Of a stretch of 64,000 nucleotides of DNA, positions 30,202 through 37,849 are shown piece by piece. Every line of letters starts with the position of its first letter. Position 1 is the stretch's first letter. Made by a program: the position numbers and the translations under genes. The DNA is from a virus, in the IMG/VR virus record IMGVR_UViG_3300044729_002487, positions 1-64,000 of that record. One strand, 5' to 3'. The notes under the pieces were generated by a model. That model ran no database searches, was not told where the DNA came from, and saw only the letters and a program-made list of their open reading frames with translations.

Positions 30202-32079
30202 ATGGCAGATACTTCATTACGGACACGATTACGCAGACTATTTTCTACCAGTGTAGTCGTTAGGCGTATCGCAAAAAACCGATTAAAGGTAGTCGATGCT
30301 AATAAATTACAGTCATCCGGTAACATGCAGAACCCGTCATGGGTAGATCGTTTTGCTGGATTGCATCGTGGGCAAAATGGTTATATCACTTATAATCAAA
30401 CTTACAATTTTCATCAATCAAAATTAGAATTATTTTCTGATTATGAGGCAATGGATATGGATCCTATATTATCATCGGCGTTAGATATTTACGCGGATGA
30501 GTCGACAGTAAAAAATACCGAAGGTGATACATTAACAATTTCATCTACTAATCCAGAAATTCAAAAAGTACTACGTAATTTATTTTATGATATATTAAAC
30601 ATAGACTACAATTTATGGCCATGGATTCGCAACGCATGTAAGTATGGTGATTTCTTTTTGCATTTAGATATTGAAGAAGAAGTTGGTATTGTCAATGTAA
30701 CACCATTGTCATCATATGAAATTCGGAGAGAAGAAGGATTTGATCCAAACAACCCATATGCATATCGATTTGTATTGGAAGGTACTCATATGTCTTATGC
30801 AAATGCGACAAGACCAAATCCACAGCAATTTGAAAATTATGAAGTAGCTCATTTCCGTTTAATATCAGATTCAAATTTCTTGCCATATGGTAAATCAATG
30901 ATTGAGCCAGCTCGTAAGATTTTTAAACAATTAGCGTTAATGGAAGATGCGATGTTAATCCAACGTATTATGCGTGCACCGGAACGTCGTATTTTCAAAA
31001 TAGATGTAGGAAATATTCCACCTCATGAGGTTGATAATCATATGCAACAGATTATTAACAAAATGAAAAAGATTCCATATATGGATGAAAAGACTGGGGA
31101 ATATAATCTTAAGTTCAATATGGAAAACATGATGGAAGATTATTATCTTCCTGTACGCGGTTCTGAATCTGGTACATCTATTGAATCTTTACCTGGATTA
31201 ACAAATGATGGTCAAATTGAAGATATTGAATATCTACGTAATAAAATGATGGCCGCATTAAAAATACCAAAAGCCTTTTTAGGTTATGATGAAGGTGTTG
31301 AAGGTAAAGCAACATTAGCGGCGGAAGATGTACGATTTGCAAGAACAATTGAACGTATTCAAAAAATCTTTATTTCTGAGCTTACGAAAATTGCAATAGT
31401 ACATTTATATACACAAGGATTTACGGATGAAAATTTAGTTGACTTTTCTTTGGATTTAGTTTCACCAAGTATTATCTATCAGAAACAAATGGTGGAGTTG
31501 ATGGAATCTAAAATTGGTTTAGCTAATACATTAAAAGAATCATTGATGTTTTCTGAACAATGGATTTATGAAAACATATTTAATCTTTCAGCACAGGAAT
31601 GGACAGAAGAACGTGACCGAGTAATTGAAGACCAAAAAGAAGCATTCCGTAGAGAACAAATCAAATCAGAAGGAAATGATCCTAAGAAGACAAATATGAG
31701 TTTTGGTACACCGCATGATATTGCATCAATGCACGTTGCATCTAAAGGTACATTGTTACCTGGCATGGAACAAGAGCATGTAGGTGGTAGTGGTAGACCA
31801 AAAGAGCCAGGTACATGGGGTAAACATTCAAGCCCTCATGGAAGAGATCCGTTAGGAATAAAAGCATTATCAGGTACATTTAATACAGACAAGTCCCCAT
31901 TAGATACAAAGTTTAGAAAATCATCACCATTAAGCGTTGAGAATAAACAAATTGTCGATACATTGCGCGGATCGTCTTTAAAAACAAAAAGTATAATTCA
32001 GGAATCTATATCCGAAACAACTGTATCAAATGAAGATGCAGGAACGATGTTAGATGAATCACAATTACTTGAGGATTAA
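30202..32079 (+). CDS. gp20: portal protein (T4 gp20-like)
   Basis: QLALMEDAMLIQRIMRAPERRIFKIDVGN, EDYYLPVRG, IESLPG, ALKIPK. Confidence 0.95.
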   Translation: MADTSLRTRLRRLFSTSVVVRRIAKNRLKVVDANKLQSSGNMQNPSWVDRFAGLHRGQNGYITYNQTYNFHQSKLELFSDYEAMDMDPILSSALDIYADESTVKNTEGDTLTISSTNPEIQKVLRNLFYDILNIDYNLWPWIRNACKYGDFFLHLDIEEEVGIVNVTPLSSYEIRREEGFDPNNPYAYRFVLEGTHMSYANATRPNPQQFENYEVAHFRLISDSNFLPYGKSMIEPARKIFKQLALMEDAMLIQRIMRAPERRIFKIDVGNIPPHEVDNHMQQIINKMKKIPYMDEKTGEYNLKFNMENMMEDYYLPVRGSESGTSIESLPGLTNDGQIEDIEYLRNKMMAALKIPKAFLGYDEGVEGKATLAAEDVRFARTIERIQKIFISELTKIAIVHLYTQGFTDENLVDFSLDLVSPSIIYQKQMVELMESKIGLANTLKESLMFSEQWIYENIFNLSAQEWTEERDRVIEDQKEAFRREQIKSEGNDPKKTNMSFGTPHDIASMHVASKGTLLPGMEQEHVGGSGRPKEPGTWGKHSSPHGRDPLGIKALSGTFNTDKSPLDTKFRKSSPLSVENKQIVDTLRGSSLKTKSIIQESISETTVSNEDAGTMLDESQLLED

Positions 32080-32150
32080 ATGTATATGGAATTGGCAGAA
32101 ACTGGATATTTATTAAAAACATGTGTACTATCATATAAGGATTCTTTTTC

Positions 32151-32999
32151 ATGAAAAAGATTAAACATTCAAAGATAAAAAATACGGGCTTGGTATTCGA
32201 GCTTTTAGTTCGTCAAGTCGCAGTAGACACGATGAATAATAGAAATTCTGCATCATTATCAATCCTTAATAAATTCTTTAAAGGATCAACAGAATTATCA
32301 AAAGAACTTAAATTATATCGTTCTTTACAAGAAGAAACATTTAACACTGAAAATAAAGCAATTAAATTTATTGATGCAGTTGTTTCGGCTCGTAAAACAT
32401 TAAATGAAGCACAATTGAAACGTGAGAAATATAATTTAATTAAAGAACTTAAAAATCGATTTGATATTGAAGAATTCTTTAAATCACGTGTTTCTAATTA
32501 TAAATTACATGCATCTATTTATAATATCTTTGAGCATTCTGAAGCGGATGAGCCAGGCGTATATGTACGTAATAAATTCATCGTTTGCGAACATGTGCAA
32601 GAGAAAAAGAATAAGTCTGAGGCTAAACCATCGTTAATGTCTGAAGATAAAGATGTTCGTATTTTGGCATCAAAAATTGTTATTGATAAATTTAATGAAA
32701 AATATTCCAAAACTTTAACAGGTAAACAAAAAAATATTTTACGTGAATTTATTAATAATGTAACAAATTCAGAAAAACTTAAAAAATACGTTGTTACTGA
32801 AACCAAAGGTATTCAAAAAGAATTGGCAGATCTTAAAATGTCAGTTGCTAGCAAAGTAGTACGTATTAAAATAAATGAAGTGACAAAATTACTATCTCAG
32901 TTACAAAAGAAACATACCATTGAAGATAAAGATGTATTAACAATGCTTCGATATTATGAATTGATTAATGAGATTAAAAAATGTAAGGATGTGAAATGA
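32151..32999 (+). CDS. hypothetical head-module protein
   Basis: 282-aa basic helical ORF between portal and protease; ATATTTAT and TAAGGA upstream. Confidence 0.45.
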   Translation: MKKIKHSKIKNTGLVFELLVRQVAVDTMNNRNSASLSILNKFFKGSTELSKELKLYRSLQEETFNTENKAIKFIDAVVSARKTLNEAQLKREKYNLIKELKNRFDIEEFFKSRVSNYKLHASIYNIFEHSEADEPGVYVRNKFIVCEHVQEKKNKSEAKPSLMSEDKDVRILASKIVIDKFNEKYSKTLTGKQKNILREFINNVTNSEKLKKYVVTETKGIQKELADLKMSVASKVVRIKINEVTKLLSQLQKKHTIEDKDVLTMLRYYELINEIKKCKDVK

Positions 33000-33292
33000 G
33001 CCAAGGACCATATATAATTGCAGATTCATATAGCCAATTCGAGAGACATGGCCATCCGGGAAAATATGTTCATCCTATAAAAGTCACAAATGCAACCGTC
33101 GAATTCACGGGTTCATTATATGGATATGGTGCAATATTAGTACAAAATAATACAGGTTTGGAAGTAACCGCATCTAATGGTGTTGGTATACCCGGAGCTG
33201 CTTTTACTACCGGTATAGTACATGAAGTTGGTATTCGTCGTATAAAAGCTGGAGCTTCTGGTATAGTTTATGTATTTAGGAGACAACAATAA
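32996..33292 (+). CDS. hypothetical small beta-rich virion protein
   Basis: ATGA overlap; TAAGGA SD. Confidence 0.4.
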   Translation: MSQGPYIIADSYSQFERHGHPGKYVHPIKVTNATVEFTGSLYGYGAILVQNNTGLEVTASNGVGIPGAAFTTGIVHEVGIRRIKAGASGIVYVFRRQQ

Positions 33293-34143
33293 TGGGTTTA
33301 CTGCAAGACATAGATCGTTCATTTAAGCGTTTATATGAAAGTGTCGATAAGATATCTGACAAAGAAGCTGAAATGGACTTTGATGATTTAGATGATAAAG
33401 ACGTTGACAATGACGGTGATTCTGATAAGTCAGATAAATACCTACATAACAAATTAGGCAATGTTGCTAAAAGGGTAGATGAAACGGCATATAAAGAAGT
33501 AAAAGCAAAGTATGCAGGTAGACCAGTTGTTATACATTATATTGGTAATGATATGACAAAATGGTTAGTGACATTTACTAAAACAAATAAAACAGTTCCA
33601 TATGCTGATGTGGTTGCAAACCTTACAGATATGAGTGGTAAACCAATCGGCTTTCCATCCGGGTTTCGTTCAATGTATGAAGCTGATGAAGAGGAATTGG
33701 AAGAGATGTCAACTACTGCCGGAGTACCTGGTTATCAAACTCCATTTGCATTTGGTGATGCAGATGAAGATACATATGGTCAAGGCGGTATGAAGAAAGT
33801 TAAAAAGACTAACCGTATATTCAAACCTATGGAATCAAAGTCTACTTTTAAAAAAATGATGTCTGAAATGTATGGTGTAAAATCATCTACAAATGAAGCG
33901 GTATCATATAGAGATTATAAAAAAGATCCTACATCAACTCCTCAACAAAAAGTTAACAAAGGTATTGCCGAAGTTAATGCTATGTTAAGCGAAATGGAAA
34001 AGATTGTAGCAAATAACTTAAGATTGAAAACCGAAATGGGTGTACAATCAAATCATTTTTGGAAATCGACTGGTGCTCGTTTTGCAAAGATAAATGAACG
34101 AATGACTCGTATTGCAAATAAATTAAAGGAACTATCACAATGA
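33292..34143 (+). CDS. hypothetical prohead core/internal protein
   Basis: DxDxDNDGDxD loop; L-x-E sites (LYE, LEE); AGGAG SD. Confidence 0.45.
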   Translation: MGLLQDIDRSFKRLYESVDKISDKEAEMDFDDLDDKDVDNDGDSDKSDKYLHNKLGNVAKRVDETAYKEVKAKYAGRPVVIHYIGNDMTKWLVTFTKTNKTVPYADVVANLTDMSGKPIGFPSGFRSMYEADEEELEEMSTTAGVPGYQTPFAFGDADEDTYGQGGMKKVKKTNRIFKPMESKSTFKKMMSEMYGVKSSTNEAVSYRDYKKDPTSTPQQKVNKGIAEVNAMLSEMEKIVANNLRLKTEMGVQSNHFWKSTGARFAKINERMTRIANKLKELSQ

Positions 34144-34301
34144 TTCCAGATAGATCATGGCAACAATTTATTAAAGCCAAAGAAAATCAAAATTTACCAT
34201 TGCAAGAGCAAAAAAGGAAATATGCAGACGAACGAAAACGTTTTGAACAGCAAAGAGCATTCGTCAATTCTGGATTATTCATGCAAGGACTAAAAAAATG
34301 A
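34140..34301 (+). CDS. small hypothetical protein (53 aa), absent from the ORF track
   Basis: MIPDRSWQQFIKAKENQNLPLQEQKRKYADERKRFEQQRAFVNSGLFMQGLKK; ATGA overlaps at both ends; AAAGGA SD; fills the gap exactly. Confidence 0.7.
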   Translation: MIPDRSWQQFIKAKENQNLPLQEQKRKYADERKRFEQQRAFVNSGLFMQGLKK

Positions 34302-34903
34302 GTAAGCAATTATTAGTAGATTATACATTGTTTGAAGTATCGCCTCAACAAATAAATGAGTCATTAAATAATAATGGTGGCCGTTTAATTGTTAATGGTG
34401 TATTGCAACGAGCAGAAGCTAAGAATCAAAATGGACGTATCTATCCTAGAAACATATTAATGCGCGAAGCAAACAAATATGCTGATTCATTTATTAAAGA
34501 GCGTAGAGCGTTAGGAGAATTAGATCATCCAGATTCATCCGTTGTTAATTTGAACAATGTATCTCATAACGTATTAGATATGAAATGGCAAGGAAATGAC
34601 CTTGTTGGTACAGTTGAGGTATTATCTACCCCAGCTGGTAACATATTAAAAGAACTGTTCAAAGCAGGAATAAAACTAGGGATTTCGTCACGTGGAATGG
34701 GTTCGGTTAAGGAAGTTATGCGTGAAGGTGAAAATACTGTTGAGGTACAAGCTGACTTTGAACTTATTGCATTTGACTTTGTATCAAATCCATCTACTCA
34801 TGGAGCATTTTTATCACCAGTAAATGAGTCAGTTAACAGAGTGGTTGCAGATAAATATGCAAATGTTAATACGCTTATTTCTAACATAATTAGGGAGTTT
34901 TAA
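34298..34903 (+). CDS. gp21: prohead protease (T4 gp21-like)
   Basis: NQNGRIYP, ALGELDHP, GISSRGMGS, DFVSNPS. Confidence 0.95.
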   Translation: MSKQLLVDYTLFEVSPQQINESLNNNGGRLIVNGVLQRAEAKNQNGRIYPRNILMREANKYADSFIKERRALGELDHPDSSVVNLNNVSHNVLDMKWQGNDLVGTVEVLSTPAGNILKELFKAGIKLGISSRGMGSVKEVMREGENTVEVQADFELIAFDFVSNPSTHGAFLSPVNESVNRVVADKYANVNTLISNIIREF

Positions 34904-34904
34904 A

Positions 34905-35162
34905 ATGGCACTTATTGATTTATCACATACATCGGCATATGGTCCGAATAACCGAGGCAAAAAAGGAACTGGTACTGCATTAGGACCTAACAATTCGCCA
35001 TTACCGAATGCACAATTTGGTAACCCTACTGCAAACGCTGCTACATTTAATTCATTACAAGATGCATCACATGCTAGCTTATACGGACCTTTCAATAAAG
35101 TAGGAAGTAAAGGTACAGGCATTTCACCTGACTTATTTGGTAATATTCCATCGGAGTTATAA
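34905..35162 (+). CDS. small hypothetical protein with internal duplication
   Basis: SAYGPNNRGKKGTG and SLYGPFNKVGSKGTG; GGAG SD. Confidence 0.45.
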   Translation: MALIDLSHTSAYGPNNRGKKGTGTALGPNNSPLPNAQFGNPTANAATFNSLQDASHASLYGPFNKVGSKGTGISPDLFGNIPSEL

Positions 35163-35164
35163 TA

Positions 35165-35707
35165 ATGAATTTACAAAAACGATATGCGCAATTATTTGAA
35201 GGTAAACTTCGAAGTAATGATAAAGCCTTATTAGCAGAAGGTGATATGACAAGACAATATGACGGATTTATTGTATCTTCGGTAGATAATAAACTAAAAT
35301 ATAAGTTCCGTTATATGAAAGGTATACGAAATAATAAAGTAGAAGATGTAGCTATAGCAGATGTAATGAAAAAGACTGGAAAGCCTCGTTCATACTTTTG
35401 GGTTACTGGTGGTATTAAAAAAGGTCAATGGGATCAAACTAAAGCAGAAATATTAGAAACTCGTATTAAAGAAGCTAATGAAATTCCATTACCAGAAGAT
35501 ATAATAAAAGATGGCATGGATGAAGTTAATCGTGTAATCGATGAACTACGTGATTTAGAACAGACTGTTATGTCATCTATTGAAATGTATCAAGAAGAAA
35601 CAGGTGATTTACGATTTGAACAAATTTTAAATCAAGGCGCTCGTTACATTCAATCTGCAGAACGCAATTTAGAATATTTACATAAAATGTTAAAAAGGAA
35701 TCTCTAA
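35165..35707 (+). CDS. hypothetical, probable internal head protein
   Basis: L-x-E sites (LFE, LAE, ILE, IKE); GGAG SD. Confidence 0.4.
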   Translation: MNLQKRYAQLFEGKLRSNDKALLAEGDMTRQYDGFIVSSVDNKLKYKFRYMKGIRNNKVEDVAIADVMKKTGKPRSYFWVTGGIKKGQWDQTKAEILETRIKEANEIPLPEDIIKDGMDEVNRVIDELRDLEQTVMSSIEMYQEETGDLRFEQILNQGARYIQSAERNLEYLHKMLKRNL

Positions 35708-35708
35708 T

Positions 35709-36479
35709 ATGAAATCGTGGGAACAACAATTAATGCGACATATCCTAAACGAAAAGTTTTTAGGAGAAGACGAAAAACCAGAACTGCGAAAAGAAGATAA
35801 AAAAGCATTTTTGGAGGCAGTTGCTAATTATCATCGTTTAGGTGAAATGGTATATGCTAAACGTGGTTTGAAAGAGGTTACTAAAACTGTACAAGGCATT
35901 GTTGAAAAAGCCGAAGCACTAACACTTCAAGAATCTGAGCATTGGTTTGACAATGTTACGGTATCGCGCCATATGAAACAATTGAAAGAAGCTTATAAGG
36001 TGTTTGAAAAAACAGCTGGTGAGATGTCTGGTCTGCAACAACGGTTAGAAGCAGCGTATGATGATATGGGTTCTATTTTAGGACGTTATTATAAAGTCGG
36101 TAATTCATTAAATGAAGATGATTATCAATATACAGCTGGCGTAGATGATGAAGGGCCTGCATTAGAAGAAGATACTTATACAGCTGGTGTAGATGACGAA
36201 GGTCCTGCATTAGAAGAAACTGCTAGAAAAAAAAAGTTATCGCGCTTAAACGAAGGCACTGATTATACGTTTTCGGGTACAGATAAATTCATGGATCGAG
36301 TTGCAGTCAACGTGTTTAAAAAACACGGCATCGGTCAGTCTAAGTTGAATCGTGAATATGATGCAAATGAGGGCATTGTTGAATTTACAGTAAATCTAGA
36401 AGATGCGTTAGTTAATAAAATTAGTAAAGAGCTTGAAACGGTTGATAGAGGTAAGGGAGAATATGGCGGATATTATTAA
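35709..36479 (+). CDS. hypothetical, probable internal head protein
   Basis: ILNE, LQE, LNE sites; tandem YTAGVDDEGPALEE repeat; AAGGA SD. Confidence 0.45.
   Translation: MKSWEQQLMRHILNEKFLGEDEKPELRKEDKKAFLEAVANYHRLGEMVYAKRGLKEVTKTVQGIVEKAEALTLQESEHWFDNVTVSRHMKQLKEAYKVFEKTAGEMSGLQQRLEAAYDDMGSILGRYYKVGNSLNEDDYQYTAGVDDEGPALEEDTYTAGVDDEGPALEETARKKKLSRLNEGTDYTFSGTDKFMDRVAVNVFKKHGIGQSKLNREYDANEGIVEFTVNLEDALVNKISKELETVDRGKGEYGGYY
36129..36218 (+). repeat. 42-nt direct repeat x2 (48-nt period) encoding YTAGVDDEGPALEE
   Basis: 36129-36170 and 36177-36218 differ only at synonymous positions. Confidence 0.9.
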
Positions 36480-36488
36480 TATAAAACA

Positions 36489-36520
36489 TTTGGTACTTTG
36501 AAATAAAGTTATTATATTTA
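36489..36520 (+). promoter_or_regulatory. Bacteroidota sigma-A-like promoter of bS21
   Basis: TTTG(36489-92)-N20-TATATTTA(36513-20). Confidence 0.65.
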
Positions 36521-36543
36521 AAGAGTTATTAATAAAAAAGTAT

Positions 36544-36798
36544 ATGAGTAAAATAGAAAAACGAATCGATCACATTATCCCAGGACAGACTCTGGGTGTT
36601 AAAGTTACTAAAACAAAAAGATTTCCAGAAGGCGACGTTAATGGAGCAATTTTAAAATGGAAACGAATGGTAAAGGATGCGGGTGTATTGGATGAAGTTA
36701 AAGACCGTCAGGAATTTAAAAAGAAGTCAATCGCTAAGCGTGATCAATTAAGTAAAGCCAAATATATACAAAAGATTCAAAGAGAAAATAATTTCTAA
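36544..36798 (+). CDS. rpsU: ribosomal protein bS21 homolog
   Basis: GDVNGAILKWKRMVKDAGVLDEVKDRQEFKKKSIAKR matches the bS21 pattern (ALrrFKr...G.l.e.r.r..f.KPS..r); basic, 84 aa; phage bS21 genes are known among head genes of large phages. Confidence 0.85.
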   Translation: MSKIEKRIDHIIPGQTLGVKVTKTKRFPEGDVNGAILKWKRMVKDAGVLDEVKDRQEFKKKSIAKRDQLSKAKYIQKIQRENNF

Positions 36799-36820
36799 AA
36801 AAATCTTAAAAAAGTTTTCC

Positions 36821-36958
36821 TAATTCGGTGGTTTAAACTCCTCGTGCAATATATATTATTGTAACATGATACTACGTTCCAATACGTAGTCACTCAAATA
36901 TTTTTATACTATCTATTAAGATTTCAAATAATCTTACTTCCGAATTAAATACGAGGAG
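36821..36958 (+). promoter_or_regulatory. structured 5' leader of scaffold/MCP operon
   Basis: Two perfect 7-bp hairpins with TCMAAT loops (36871-90, 36917-36); CTCCTCGT(36838-45) is complementary to the SD ACGAGGAG(36951-58); TAATTCGG(36821-28) is complementary to CCGAATTA(36940-47). Confidence 0.65.
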
Positions 36959-36966
36959 CAAATCAA

Positions 36967-37827
36967 ATGAGAGATTTATTAAAAGAAGCTATTGCTGACG
37001 CAAAAGCCGTAAGGGAAACTGCACTAGCTAACGCAAAAATTGCATTAGAAGAAGCATTCACTCCAAGACTTCAAAGCATGCTTTCTGCACGTTTAGCAGA
37101 AGAAGAAGAAATGGAAGAGCCTGAAATGACTGAAGAAGAAGAAATGGACATGGAAGAGCCTGTTGCCGAAGGTGATGAAGAAGATTACATGGCAGAGGAA
37201 GAGGAAATGGAAATGGAAGAAGGTGAAGACATGGAAATGGAAGAGCCTGTTTCTGAAGAAGAAGAGATGGATGCTGAGTTAGAAGAAATTCTTCGCGAAC
37301 TTGAAGGTAGCGATGAAGAGGAAATGACTGAAGAAGAAGAAATGGAAGAGCCAGTCGCTGAGGGCGAAGAGGAAGAAGAAGTTTCTATCGAAGAAGTAAT
37401 TCGTGCTTTACGTGAAGAAGAAGAAATGGAAGAAGAGCCAGTAACTGAAGAAGAGGAAGCTCCGGAAGCTGAAGCTGAATTGGAAGAAGCTATTCGAGTT
37501 ATCAAATTCTTAAAGTCTAAATTGAATGAAGTTAATCTTCTTAATGCAAAATTGTTATTCTCTAACAAGTTGTTTAGAAATTATCCGTTATCTGAAGCTC
37601 AGAAAATGAAAGTTATTGAAAACTTCGACCGAGCTAAATCAGTACGAGAAGTGAAATTAGTGTACGGTACAATTGCCGAATCATTAAAATCACCAAAAAC
37701 AAAACGACCAATGGTCAAAGAAAGCTATGCTTCAAAACCAAGCCGATCTACAGCTCCTAAAAAAGCTATCCTTTCTGAAGGAACTACATTGGCAGCACGT
37801 TGGAAAAAATTAGCTAATTTAAAGTAA
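36967..37827 (+). CDS. prohead core scaffolding protein (gp22-like)
   Basis: Glu-rich low-complexity coiled coil directly upstream of the capsid gene; strong GAGGAG SD. Confidence 0.8.
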   Translation: MRDLLKEAIADAKAVRETALANAKIALEEAFTPRLQSMLSARLAEEEEMEEPEMTEEEEMDMEEPVAEGDEEDYMAEEEEMEMEEGEDMEMEEPVSEEEEMDAELEEILRELEGSDEEEMTEEEEMEEPVAEGEEEEEVSIEEVIRALREEEEMEEEPVTEEEEAPEAEAELEEAIRVIKFLKSKLNEVNLLNAKLLFSNKLFRNYPLSEAQKMKVIENFDRAKSVREVKLVYGTIAESLKSPKTKRPMVKESYASKPSRSTAPKKAILSEGTTLAARWKKLANLK

Positions 37828-37849
37828 TCGAGAAAAAGGGAAACAAAAA

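Noticed and set aside
37095-37490. GAAGAA-rich quasi-repeats as a CRISPR or DNA repeat array
   Set aside because: Explained by Glu-rich scaffold coding sequence; no constant repeat with unique spacers
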